A DNA stretch of 39,655 bases, taken from the UHGV virus genome UHGV-0213320. One strand, given 5' to 3'. This DNA is from a virus. Shown here one piece after another: positions 1 through 9,090 of the stretch (position 1 is its first letter; every line of letters begins with the position of its first letter). The notes beneath the pieces were generated by a model that was not told where the DNA came from, ran no database searches, and saw nothing but the letters and a program-made list of their open reading frames with translations. Position numbers and translations under genes: made by a program.

Positions 1-630
1 ATGCATGAGTCAGCGGATATAACAGCATACAAACTGGTTCCTGAGGGGACATATTTGCAGATATTTATTCCTGGGAAGAATCTCATGGAACCGATTATTG
101 AGAAGCACATGAGTAGTTGCAGCATATGGCTTGACGATGGAAGACACATCAGTTCCGACCAGCGCCGAAAGATTTATGCCACGGTCAATGATATATCGGC
201 TTATTCCGGGAATGTGCCGGAGGTCGAGAAAGAATGGCTTAAGTATTTACATATCAACCGGACCGGATGCGGATATTTTTCTCTGTCTGATTGCTCTATG
301 GATACTGCCAGGGAATTTATTAATACCATGCTGGATTATGCGCTGGAACAGGGGATACCATTGCTTGACTTTGCACTTAACCGTACTGACGATATAGGCC
401 ATTACCTATATGCATGTCTCAAACTTCGGAAGTGTGCTATATGCGGTCGAGAGGGTGAAATACACCATGTAGACACAATTGGCATGGGGAATGACCGGAG
501 AAAGGTTGATGATTCGGAGTACCGGAAAATATGTCTATGCCGGCAGCACCATACAGAAGCGCATAACATAGGGATGACAGAGTTTGAGAGCAAATATAAG
601 GTATATGGTATCAAGTTTGAGGAGAATTAG
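1..630 (+). CDS. Phage early protein with C-terminal HNH/zinc-binding motif (DUF968-like)
   Basis: 209 aa. C-terminal motif CAICGREGEIHHVD...CLCRQHHTEAHN (Cys pairs plus His) is typical of HNH-like phage proteins. ATG at position 1 is served by the RBS AAGAGGTG at the window end if the sequence is circular. Confidence 0.5.
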   Translation: MHESADITAYKLVPEGTYLQIFIPGKNLMEPIIEKHMSSCSIWLDDGRHISSDQRRKIYATVNDISAYSGNVPEVEKEWLKYLHINRTGCGYFSLSDCSMDTAREFINTMLDYALEQGIPLLDFALNRTDDIGHYLYACLKLRKCAICGREGEIHHVDTIGMGNDRRKVDDSEYRKICLCRQHHTEAHNIGMTEFESKYKVYGIKFEEN

Positions 631-665
631 GATTTACCGGGAGAACCGGAGGAAGGGATAGGTAT

Positions 666-938
666 ATGAAGGAACAATTTGACCAGAAGATGCTACATTT
701 TGCAGCGGCTTTGAGCGATGTGTATAAAGAGGACGATGAAAAAGAGGGCCTTGCGCTGGCCCCGCTGGAAATGAAAGAGGATGAGTTGACGGAAGATTTT
801 ACTGCAATGATTTATGCACAGTGGGTACTGTACAGGAGAGTTACGGGAGATGACATTGACATTTTGGGGTTCACTCATGTTGTAAATCGACTTGTATTTC
901 AGCAAATTATGAAAGACAACGGTATTCTGCAAAACTGA
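666..938 (+). CDS. Hypothetical acidic early protein
   Basis: 90-aa ORF, RBS GGAAGGGATAGG upstream, co-oriented in the early operon. Confidence 0.4.
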   Translation: MKEQFDQKMLHFAAALSDVYKEDDEKEGLALAPLEMKEDELTEDFTAMIYAQWVLYRRVTGDDIDILGFTHVVNRLVFQQIMKDNGILQN

Positions 939-958
939 AATTTTGGTATCTATTCCCT

Positions 959-1366
959 TTGCGGGATGATACATACAACGGGAGGGATTATTTGAAGAAT
1001 AAACGAACTGTTAGCGAAGAAGTTCAGGCAAGGGTATATAATGCGCTCCTTGTAGGTAAAGAGAATGCATTGAACAGAGATGAACTGGTATCCAAGATAG
1101 GTGAATCGGATAGAGATATACGAACCGCAATTGAGATATTAAGGCACGATAAAGTGATTCTTACATTGACAACAGGGAAAGGTTACTATATACCCCGTGA
1201 CGATGCACAGGGACGGCAAGAAACAGAGAAATGGCTTGTCAGCCAGAATAATAGGATTAAGAGTATAAAGGCAGCAGAACGTGGCGCACAGCTGTTTATA
1301 AGCCGGAATAAGAAAAAAGATAAAGGTATTCCCGGTCAGATTAGTATGTTTGGAGCTGGGTTATGA
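959..1366 (+). CDS. Hypothetical DNA-binding (winged-helix-like) early protein, TTG start
   Basis: 135-aa ORF beginning with TTG, overlapping the downstream DnaD-like gene by ATGA. Sits in a replication-gene context. Confidence 0.4.
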   Translation: MRDDTYNGRDYLKNKRTVSEEVQARVYNALLVGKENALNRDELVSKIGESDRDIRTAIEILRHDKVILTLTTGKGYYIPRDDAQGRQETEKWLVSQNNRIKSIKAAERGAQLFISRNKKKDKGIPGQISMFGAGL

Positions 1367-2022
1367 GAGATAGTGTTGTATTTTATCGCAGCTTCTGGGA
1401 AGCCATTAAGCAGCTGCCGGAAAAAGAAAGATTGGAATCTCTTACAGCAATCTTAGAATATGGACTTGATGAAATAGAGCCTAAATCGGCAGGTGTTGCA
1501 TCGGCAATGTTTTTAATGGCAAAACCACAAATTGATGCGAATAATCGCAGATACCAAAACGGAACCAAGGGTGGTAGGCCAGTAACCAAAACAGAACCAA
1601 ACAATAACCTAGAATCCAATTATAATAAACCAAGTGATAACCAAACCATAACCAAAGCAAAACCTAAGGAAAAGGATAATGTAAAGGAAAAGGATAATGT
1701 AAATGATAATAATAAAAAAACATTTACTCCACCTTCGGTGTCGGATGTGTCCGATTATTGCAATTTGAATGGATATGGCATTGACCCAGAGAGTTTTGTT
1801 GATTTTTATGCATCAAAGGGATGGATGGTTGGGAAAAACAAAATGAAGGATTGGAAAGCCTCGGTAAGAACATGGGCTAGAAGCCAGCGGCAGGAATTGA
1901 CCGCCAAAGGCAGTAAAAACCAGTTTCACAATTTTGACCAACGAGACACCGATTATGATGCATTGATGCTAAAACAGATACAGGACTGGTTAGGAGAGAA
2001 ACAGGATGAAGGAAATACATAA
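1363..2022 (+). CDS. Phage replication protein, DnaD-like/replisome-organiser family (phage conserved C-terminal domain)
   Basis: N-terminal motif FYRSFWEAIKQLPEKERLE and C-terminal motif YCNLNGYGIDPESFVDFYASKGWMVGKNKMKDWKASVRTWARSQ resemble the DnaD/phage replisome-organiser C-terminal domain. Internal KEKDNV tandem repeat. Confidence 0.65.
   Translation: MRDSVVFYRSFWEAIKQLPEKERLESLTAILEYGLDEIEPKSAGVASAMFLMAKPQIDANNRRYQNGTKGGRPVTKTEPNNNLESNYNKPSDNQTITKAKPKEKDNVKEKDNVNDNNKKTFTPPSVSDVSDYCNLNGYGIDPESFVDFYASKGWMVGKNKMKDWKASVRTWARSQRQELTAKGSKNQFHNFDQRDTDYDALMLKQIQDWLGEKQDEGNT
1669..1704 (+). repeat. Perfect 18-bp tandem duplication (aaggaaaaggataatgta x2) inside the DnaD-like gene
   Basis: Direct inspection. 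Encodes KEKDNVKEKDNV. Confidence 0.8.
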
Positions 2023-2066
2023 AAAAATACTGATGTTTGCAAATCGATGATTTGAGAAGGAAATTT

Positions 2067-2216
2067 ATGAATGATAAGCAGCGATTAATGATAGAGGGGA
2101 TGGACAGGCTCCTTAGGAGAATTATTAAATATCCGAACGATAAAGAGTTTACTGTAGAAGAAATTATAGAAGTATCTAACGAAATATATGATGAAATCGT
2201 GAAAGAGGAGAATTAG
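2067..2216 (+). CDS. Small hypothetical protein (49 aa)
   Basis: ATG at 2067 is preceded by GAGAAGG. ORF below the 60-aa track cutoff fills an otherwise empty 200-bp gap. Co-oriented. Confidence 0.35.
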   Translation: MNDKQRLMIEGMDRLLRRIIKYPNDKEFTVEEIIEVSNEIYDEIVKEEN

Positions 2217-2233
2217 CATAGAGGAGAATCGCA

Positions 2234-2488
2234 TTGGAAGAAATAAAAGCATATAAACCGAAATGCTGCAGCAAAGCATATATTACAAAACGTGCATGTG
2301 TGGAACATGAAAAAAGATGTTTGTGGAATCCAGACAATGAAGCTTGTCATACCTGCGGAAAAAGGGAAGTGGTGGATGGAGAGGAAAAACGCTGGTATTG
2401 TCCTGTAAGGGATAGGCTAATTGGTATTTTCGAAGCCGGAAATGAGATGTTACCAGTAAGTCATTGTGAGGATTGGGAACCAAATTAA
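2234..2488 (+). CDS. Cysteine-rich putative zinc-finger protein
   Basis: 84 aa with CC...C..H...C and CHTCGK...WYCP cysteine clusters. Confidence 0.4.
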   Translation: MEEIKAYKPKCCSKAYITKRACVEHEKRCLWNPDNEACHTCGKREVVDGEEKRWYCPVRDRLIGIFEAGNEMLPVSHCEDWEPN

Positions 2489-2557
2489 GAATTGATAGAG
2501 AAAGGATGGGGCATTTATGATACACGCTATATGCCCATTTAGTGGAGGAAGATAACC

Positions 2558-3520
2558 ATGGGATTAGAGGTATTTGACCATTACGAATGTGACGGTCAGA
2601 TGGAGATAGAGGACATTGCCCCGGAACGGCGGCTCACCCATCTGTCCCTGTTCAGCGGAATCGGGGGCCTGGATCTGGCTGCGGAATGGGCAGGATTTGA
2701 AAGTGTAGGACAATGTGAGTTTGCGGATTATCCTGCCAAGGTGCTGGAAAAACACTGGCCGGATGTGGAAAGGTGGAGAGATATACATGAGTTACACGCA
2801 GATGAGTTTATTCGCAGGACAGGAATCAGGGCAGGAGAACTTACCTGTATTTCAGGGGGCTTCCCCTGCCAGCCGCACTCGACTGCTGGACTGCGTAAGG
2901 CATCTAGTGATGAACGTGACCTGTGGCCGGAGTACCGGCGTGTCATTAGCGAAATTAAGCCGAGATGGGTTGTGGCTGAGAATGTACGGGGACTGCTGTC
3001 AAGCGAGGATGGACGGTTCTTTCGAGGAATACTCAGGGACTTTGCCGACCTGGGGTATGATGTTGGATGGTGTTGTTACCGGGCTGCCGATGTCGGAGCG
3101 GTACATCCCAGAGAGAGGGTTGGAATTATTGCCCACCTTAACATGCTCAGATACATGGAGCCAAAGGCTGAAATCAACGGAATGGAATGGGGAGAACAAG
3201 CACAGCATGACAATTACGCGAGCACTGATGCCGACATTGACGGCAAGCGCATGGAAAGGCGCATGCAGAAGCCAATACAGGGGAAACCGGAATGGTCACA
3301 TGACCAGTCCGTTGAATGCACTGAGGACTGGGAAAGACAGTCCAATATATTTGAACCCAAGCTACTGCGAAATTATCATGGGGTTCCCGGTGCGGTGGAC
3401 AGAATTAAGTGCCTCGGAAACGCAGTAGTGCCACAGCAGTTCTATCCGATTTTTAAGGGGATAGCGGAAATAGAACTGGAAAGCAAAACACTATATCGAT
3501 GTAAAGAAGGTGCAAAATGA
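2558..3520 (+). CDS. DNA (cytosine-5)-methyltransferase (orphan, phage-encoded)
   Basis: Motif I LFSGIGGLDLA, motif IV GGFPCQPHS (PCQ), motif VI ENVRGL, motif X GNAVVPQ. Strong RBS GGAGGAAG. Visibly higher GC than surrounding genes. Confidence 0.9.
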   Translation: MGLEVFDHYECDGQMEIEDIAPERRLTHLSLFSGIGGLDLAAEWAGFESVGQCEFADYPAKVLEKHWPDVERWRDIHELHADEFIRRTGIRAGELTCISGGFPCQPHSTAGLRKASSDERDLWPEYRRVISEIKPRWVVAENVRGLLSSEDGRFFRGILRDFADLGYDVGWCCYRAADVGAVHPRERVGIIAHLNMLRYMEPKAEINGMEWGEQAQHDNYASTDADIDGKRMERRMQKPIQGKPEWSHDQSVECTEDWERQSNIFEPKLLRNYHGVPGAVDRIKCLGNAVVPQQFYPIFKGIAEIELESKTLYRCKEGAK

Positions 3521-3750
3521 ATCTTAGTCCCACAATGATGCAGGTTACAGAACAAATGGAATTGCACGGTGAACTGATAAGATATCCTGGAGGATTTTGG
3601 TCTTGGCGAGACGTAGAAATCAAACGCAAGATTCCTGCATGGTATTGTGACGTGAAAACTCTTAGAGCACTTGGAAAAAGAGGGATTGTCAATCTTGATG
3701 AAACCAAGAAAATTTGTAAGCTAAAAACGCGATTTGGCAAAAGGAACTAA
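3517..3750 (+). CDS. Hypothetical protein
   Basis: 77-aa ORF coupled (ATGA overlap) to the methyltransferase stop. Confidence 0.35.
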   Translation: MNLSPTMMQVTEQMELHGELIRYPGGFWSWRDVEIKRKIPAWYCDVKTLRALGKRGIVNLDETKKICKLKTRFGKRN

Positions 3751-4555
3751 ACAAAACTATCTTAATGCCATACGAAGATTGCTGACAGAGATAAGCACAA
3801 AATCACTGGACCAGATGGATACCACTGATATTGATTGGTATTTATCGCGGTATGAAATTAGAAATGTATCTGCCGGGGGAAAGAAAAACCAGCCTAGTAC
3901 CTATAATAACGAGCGCAGATTTCTGTCAGCATTCTTCGCATGGATGCGCCTTGAAAAGCTTATTACAGATAATCCGATAGAGTCTATACCAGCTAAAAAA
4001 GTACCCATTAAACCAATTGATTACTACAGCCCAGAAGAATCTGCAAGGTTAAGGGATGCGTGCAAAAATATCCGTGAGAGAGCCTTGCTGGAGGTGCTTC
4101 GAAGTACTGGGGCCAGGATAGGGGAGATTGCAGAAATAACCCTGGACCAGATAGACATGAGAACAGGAGATGTATTAATTCAGGGGGAAAAAGGCGGTAG
4201 ATACCGTACTATATATTTGGATGATGATGCAAGATATTATTATGGCCTATACTTAGACAATCGGACAGATGATTGCCCATATATGTTTCCGCGTTCAAGG
4301 AAACCATATGGGAAAATGACTACTTGCGGTTTTCGAGCCATAATAAAATCCATAGGAAAAAGGGCAGGACTTACATGCAGGGTTTATCCGCACAAATCCA
4401 GAAAAACATTAGGAATGAATCTTAGAAATCACGGTGTAGAGATAGGAATTATACAGGAAATTTTTGGACATGCAAGTTCGGAAGTAACAATGAAATTTTA
4501 TGCTCAGACTGATAATAGAAGACTGCGTAGCATTAGGGAAAGGGTGGCAGTATAG
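3734..4555 (+). CDS. Small tyrosine site-specific recombinase (XerC/D- or FimB/E-like), probable TTG start
   Basis: Catalytic signature: RTGARIGEI (Arg I), HKSRKT (HxxR), GHASSEVTMKFY (catalytic Tyr). No N-terminal arm-binding domain (273 aa). The ORF overlaps the upstream gene, so the start is uncertain. Confidence 0.8.
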   Translation: MAKGTKQNYLNAIRRLLTEISTKSLDQMDTTDIDWYLSRYEIRNVSAGGKKNQPSTYNNERRFLSAFFAWMRLEKLITDNPIESIPAKKVPIKPIDYYSPEESARLRDACKNIRERALLEVLRSTGARIGEIAEITLDQIDMRTGDVLIQGEKGGRYRTIYLDDDARYYYGLYLDNRTDDCPYMFPRSRKPYGKMTTCGFRAIIKSIGKRAGLTCRVYPHKSRKTLGMNLRNHGVEIGIIQEIFGHASSEVTMKFYAQTDNRRLRSIRERVAV

Positions 4556-4560
4556 AAAGG

Positions 4561-4869
4561 ATGGACATGAGAACCAGATATAAAAACTACAGCGACTATG
4601 GTATTACTGATGATGAAGCTAAACGCATAAAAGAATACTGCCAGAACGCCATCGTAGAAGATAAGCTAACATTGTTCCAGTGTGCTATATCCTCGGCTCC
4701 TGGCCTGGAGGTGGAGATATACGAAAGCCTTGTAAGTAATATCGGATATGATAGGCTGAGCAAGCGAAAGAATATACCAATCAAACGGGATGACTTTTAC
4801 GGGTATCAAAGAAAAACGCTAGATGAATATAGGCGGTTGATGACATTGTTTGGGAGGTGGAAAGGATGA
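4561..4869 (+). CDS. Hypothetical protein
   Basis: 102-aa ORF with RBS GAAAGG 3 nt before the ATG. Confidence 0.4.
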   Translation: MDMRTRYKNYSDYGITDDEAKRIKEYCQNAIVEDKLTLFQCAISSAPGLEVEIYESLVSNIGYDRLSKRKNIPIKRDDFYGYQRKTLDEYRRLMTLFGRWKG

Positions 4870-5705
4870 CAATTAGTCATATAAAGGCAAGCGAGTTATT
4901 AAGAATTGGTGATAGCATCCGCAACCTAAGAAAAAATAAGGGATGGACGCAAAAGAAGCTTGCTATTGAAAGCGGAATTCACGAAGTACAGATACGCAGA
5001 TATGAAAATAATCATTCACTTCCTAGAGATGAACAATTGCAAAAACTTGCAACTGCTTTAGGGGTAGAAAACGATTTTTTCACACGAATGGAGAATATAT
5101 ATATGGCAGGAATTAATGATTACATAAGAATAGGGAAAAGAATAAAACAAGTAAGGATAAAATCAGGAATTTCACAAAAGGATATGGCAAAACGTCTCGG
5201 AATACCAGAATCCTCATGGTCAAATTATGAAAATGAAATTCGTGAACCAGGAATAAACTTGATATATTCGTTTTGTAAAGAAATGGGTATAACGATAGAT
5301 GAATTGATACGGATGGAGATTATGACAATTGGAGAAAACATTAAGAAATATCGCGAAAAAAAAGGATTGACACAAAAGGAATTGGGTGCAGCTTTAGGAT
5401 TAGCAGAAATTACAATTAGACAATACGAAAGCAACAAGCGTGAACCAAAATATGAAATCCTTTTTTCTATTGCAGATGCACTAAACATATCCATTGACGA
5501 TTTAATGAATATTGACACTGGAAAACGGATAAAAGAAGAAAGAGTAAAAGCAAAACTAACACAAGAAAAATTGGCCCAAAATGCGGAAATTTCTGTTTTC
5601 ACCTTACAGAAATATGAATCTGGGGACCGGAATCCTAAAATAGAACAATTAAAAAAAATAGCAAATGCTTTAGGAATATCAATTACTCAACTTAAGATTA
5701 TATAA
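4866..5705 (+). CDS. Transcriptional regulator made of four tandem HTH-XRE (Cro/C1-type) domains; candidate late-gene activator
   Basis: Four ~65-aa repeats each match the HTH_3 pattern (e.g. GWTQKKLAIESGIHEVQIRRYENN, GISQKDMAKRLGIPESSWSNYEN, GLTQKELGAALGLAEITIRQYESN, KLTQEKLAQNAEISVFTLQKYESG). RBS GGGAGGTGG before ATG 4866. Located immediately upstream of terS, the position where late activators usually sit. Confidence 0.8.
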   Translation: MTISHIKASELLRIGDSIRNLRKNKGWTQKKLAIESGIHEVQIRRYENNHSLPRDEQLQKLATALGVENDFFTRMENIYMAGINDYIRIGKRIKQVRIKSGISQKDMAKRLGIPESSWSNYENEIREPGINLIYSFCKEMGITIDELIRMEIMTIGENIKKYREKKGLTQKELGAALGLAEITIRQYESNKREPKYEILFSIADALNISIDDLMNIDTGKRIKEERVKAKLTQEKLAQNAEISVFTLQKYESGDRNPKIEQLKKIANALGISITQLKII

Positions 5706-5746
5706 AAAATGTGGGGACGATTTACATTACATGCGCATGGTAAAAT
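5706..5746 (+). promoter_or_regulatory. Candidate late promoter: 17-nt motif AAAATGTGGGGACGATT + 18-nt spacer + TAAAAT
   Basis: An identical 17-mer recurs at 15921-15937 with a 17-nt spacer and TAAAAT. Sits between the 4xHTH gene and terS, i.e. at the start of the late operon. Confidence 0.45.
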
Positions 5747-5789
5747 TAGTATAGGACTATTATGCCGTGTGAAGCACAAAGAATAAGGG

Positions 5790-6215
5790 GTGGTGATTGT
5801 GGCTTCCAGATTAACAGATAAACAGAAAAAGAAAATAATAGCTGATTATGTGGAATATGGAAGCTATCGTGCCACAGCAAAAAAATTCGGTGTTTCAGAT
5901 AACACAGTAAAAAACATATGCGCAAAAAGTGCAGATATTGCGCAGAAGTGCGCACAAAAAAAAGAACAGAACACAGCCGATATGTTGGCATATATGGATT
6001 CCAGGAAAGAACAAGCACAGGGTATTATTGATAAATATCTTGAAAAGCTGGCGGACCCGCATAAACTAGAAAATGCTACTATCTCCCAAATTGCAACAGC
6101 GATGGGGATAGTAGTTGATAAATTTATGGATAATACAAAAAAAGGAGAAAATGCAGAAGGAGTAACCATTTTGAATGATATACCAAAGCCGGGAAAGGGG
6201 AATGGTGATGCATGA
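5790..6215 (+). CDS. terS: Terminase small subunit
   Basis: 141 aa, N-terminal HTH-like segment (YRATAKKFGVSDNTVKN). Immediately upstream of and overlapping terL. GTG start (5790 or 5799) after AAGGGG. Confidence 0.65.
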   Translation: MVIVASRLTDKQKKKIIADYVEYGSYRATAKKFGVSDNTVKNICAKSADIAQKCAQKKEQNTADMLAYMDSRKEQAQGIIDKYLEKLADPHKLENATISQIATAMGIVVDKFMDNTKKGENAEGVTILNDIPKPGKGNGDA

Positions 6216-7465
6216 GTGACATAATAAATCTGACTGATGTAATCGCCCCTTCCTTTTATGACGTTCACTGGGATATCCTGGACGGAAAGCATACATATTA
6301 TGACCTCTATGGCGGGCGCGGCTCCACGAAGTCCTCTTTCATGTCCGTGGAAATTATACTGGGGATGATGCAGGACGAAAAGGACGGAGTTTTCAGCAAT
6401 TCGGCAGTATTTCGTAAGGTAGGAAACACCTTACGGGAATCTGTATTTGAACAAATTGCATGGGCGATTGATGCACTGGGGGCCAATGACCTGTGGGCGT
6501 CCAGTGTTAGCCCCATGCAGTATGTGTATAAACCCACTGGCCAGAAAATCATCTTCCGAGGACTGGACAAGGCGAAGAAAACGAAATCTATCAAGACGAG
6601 CCGAGGATATTTTAAATACCTCTGGTTCGAGGAATTGGACGAGTTTGCCGGGATTGAGGAAATCAGAACAGTGCAGCAGTCCGTCCTTCGTGGCGGGAGT
6701 AAATTTGTGGTGTTCAAGTCCTTCAACCCTCCAATCAGCCGGAGCAACTGGGCGAATGTGTACGTCAACGAGCCAAGAGAGGACAGCTGCCGGCACAAGA
6801 GCGACTATACCACAGTGCCGGAGGAATGGCTGGGAGAACAGTTTATAGCAGACGCCGAACATCTGAAAGCCACCAATCCAAGGGCATATGAACATGAATA
6901 CATGGGCAATCCCGTTGGACTGGGAACGAATATTTTTGATATGTTGGATGTGCGTACAATAACAGACGAAGAAATCAGCCGCATGGAGCGTATCTATCAA
7001 GGGCAAGACTGGGGCTGGTATCCTGACCCGAAAGCCTTTATCCGGGCGGCGTACATCCATAGCACTGAAACAATCTATCTGTTGGACGAGTTGGGCGGCT
7101 GTAAAATCCGTAACAGCCAAATGGCAGAGGATATAAAGGAAAAGGGCTATGATGATTATGAAATCCGCTGCGGCGCTGATGAACAGGAAAGCATAGTTGA
7201 CTTTAGGGATGCTGGACTTCCGGCCAGACAGGCCAATGTTGGGCCGGGTAGTGTGAAATATACCTTTGAATGGCTTCAGTGCCGGACAATCGTTATAGAC
7301 CCGGCCAGAACGCCGAGAGCATACAAGGAAATCATAGAGTATGAACATGAAGTAGACAGCAATGGGGAAGTGATTGCAGACTATCCAGACCACAATAACC
7401 ACTGGATAGACGCTCTGCGGTATGCTACAAGCCCACTGTCAATGAGGAGAGGAAACAGCGCATGA
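6212..7465 (+). CDS. terL: Terminase large subunit
   Basis: Walker A motif YGGRGSTKS, 417 aa, packaging-module position. Higher local GC. Confidence 0.9.
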   Translation: MSDIINLTDVIAPSFYDVHWDILDGKHTYYDLYGGRGSTKSSFMSVEIILGMMQDEKDGVFSNSAVFRKVGNTLRESVFEQIAWAIDALGANDLWASSVSPMQYVYKPTGQKIIFRGLDKAKKTKSIKTSRGYFKYLWFEELDEFAGIEEIRTVQQSVLRGGSKFVVFKSFNPPISRSNWANVYVNEPREDSCRHKSDYTTVPEEWLGEQFIADAEHLKATNPRAYEHEYMGNPVGLGTNIFDMLDVRTITDEEISRMERIYQGQDWGWYPDPKAFIRAAYIHSTETIYLLDELGGCKIRNSQMAEDIKEKGYDDYEIRCGADEQESIVDFRDAGLPARQANVGPGSVKYTFEWLQCRTIVIDPARTPRAYKEIIEYEHEVDSNGEVIADYPDHNNHWIDALRYATSPLSMRRGNSA

Positions 7466-7650
7466 TTTATATATTGATTTTAATTTATTTATTAATCGGG
7501 ACTATTGTTTCTGGATTTATGCAAGTAAACGGAGAGACTTCGTTGATTCCGTTGTTCTTTTGGCCGTTGACATTATTTCTTATGCTAATCTTTGGCGCAT
7601 TTAATCTTGCGTTTTTCATAGGCGAAAAAATAGCAGAAAAAATCAGGTGA
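7462..7650 (+). CDS. Small two-TM membrane protein (holin-like topology)
   Basis: 62 aa with two hydrophobic helices and a charged C-terminus (EKIAEKIR). ATGA overlap with the terL stop. Confidence 0.4.
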   Translation: MIYILILIYLLIGTIVSGFMQVNGETSLIPLFFWPLTLFLMLIFGAFNLAFFIGEKIAEKIR

Positions 7651-7654
7651 CTAA

Positions 7655-9088
7655 ATGGGACTAATAACATGGGCTAAAAAGGTGATAGGAATGATATTTA
7701 AGCGACAAGCGGAAGAAGATTTTAATGTTGAATCGGTGGTATCCCCGGAGATGGAAAGCAAGATTACAGAGTGCGCCAATATCTACCGGGGTACTCCCTA
7801 TTGGGTGAATGCTGACGATAACGTTAAGACAATCAATTTTGCAAAGGCTATTTGTTCAGATACGGCCCGGCTTGCTACCTTGGCAATCGGAATACAGATT
7901 GATGGGAGCGCGCGGGCGGCGTGGCTTCAGGAGCAGATTGATAAGATATATTTCCAGATTAGGCACTGGGTAGAATATGGTATGGCCTACGGCACAATCA
8001 TACTTAAGCCAAACGGTAAGGGACTGGACATATTCACACCTATGGATTTTATCATTACGGATTGCGATAATGAAGGTATCTATGGGATTGTGTTCAAGGA
8101 TGGCTACAGCGAAAATAATAAGTATTACACCCGATTTGAGTATCATCGGTTTGTCGAAGTCAAGGATGGGGAAAACATCTATTACCCATATTACATATCC
8201 AATAGAGCCTATGTGTCTCACTCTGCAAAAAGCGTGGGGGACCCAATAGCATTAAATAGGACTAAGTGGTCCGACTTGCTTCCAGAGACACCACCTATAC
8301 TCAAAGCTAACAATGATAAAATAGACGGACCCATGTTTGGCATACTCCGTACTCCACAGGCTAACAATGTGGATATTTCATCACCTTTGGGATTGCCAAT
8401 GTTCACAGAAGCAATCGAGGAATTAAAAGACCTTGATGTAGCATACAGCCGAAATGTTGGTGAAATATTTGACAGTGAGAAAATTATATTAGCAGACGAC
8501 CAGCTGATGTTTGGAAGCGGCACAAACATTAAGGGGCGCTATGCTGGTATGAGCAACGAAAAGCTTCCTCATTATGTAAAAAATGTATTTGGAAATGGAA
8601 CGGAATCTTTCTATCAGGAGATTGTTCCATCATTGAATACTGATATCAGAATTACTGGAATAAATAACCTACTCTCGTTTGTGGGATTTAAGTGTGGATA
8701 TTCCAACGGGTACTTTGTGCTTGATGAAAAAACAGGAATGGTCACAGCCACACAGGTAGAGGCTGACGACAGGAGAACCATACAGCTAATCAAGGATGTA
8801 CGTGACAAGCTGGAAAGTTGTCTTGACGGGGCAATATATGCTCTCAATGTATATGCTGACCTGTATGGGCTTGCTCCGGCAGGGGCCTACGAAATAACAT
8901 ATGATTTTGGAGACATTACATATAACCGAGAGGAGGACCGGGCAAGATGGTGGCAGTATGTTGTGCAGGGGAAGGTGCCGGCCTGGATATATTTTCAGAA
9001 ATTTGAAGGGTTATCCGAAGAAGATGCAAAGGCTATGGTGCAGGAAGCGCAACCTAAAGAACGTCCGGGATTTTTTGGGGAGGAATAG
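7655..9088 (+). CDS. Portal protein
   Basis: 477 aa, directly after terL. Size and position typical of siphovirus portals. Confidence 0.75.
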   Translation: MGLITWAKKVIGMIFKRQAEEDFNVESVVSPEMESKITECANIYRGTPYWVNADDNVKTINFAKAICSDTARLATLAIGIQIDGSARAAWLQEQIDKIYFQIRHWVEYGMAYGTIILKPNGKGLDIFTPMDFIITDCDNEGIYGIVFKDGYSENNKYYTRFEYHRFVEVKDGENIYYPYYISNRAYVSHSAKSVGDPIALNRTKWSDLLPETPPILKANNDKIDGPMFGILRTPQANNVDISSPLGLPMFTEAIEELKDLDVAYSRNVGEIFDSEKIILADDQLMFGSGTNIKGRYAGMSNEKLPHYVKNVFGNGTESFYQEIVPSLNTDIRITGINNLLSFVGFKCGYSNGYFVLDEKTGMVTATQVEADDRRTIQLIKDVRDKLESCLDGAIYALNVYADLYGLAPAGAYEITYDFGDITYNREEDRARWWQYVVQGKVPAWIYFQKFEGLSEEDAKAMVQEAQPKERPGFFGEE

Positions 9089-9090
9089 AT

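Noticed and set aside
2715-3428. 237-aa plus-strand ORF overlapping the methyltransferase in another frame
   Set aside because: Alternative-frame artefact inside a GC-rich gene whose motifs clearly define the true frame.
6431-7402. 323-aa minus-strand ORF
   Set aside because: Antisense to the well-supported terminase large-subunit gene. No RBS, and the composition is an artefact of the GC-rich sense gene.
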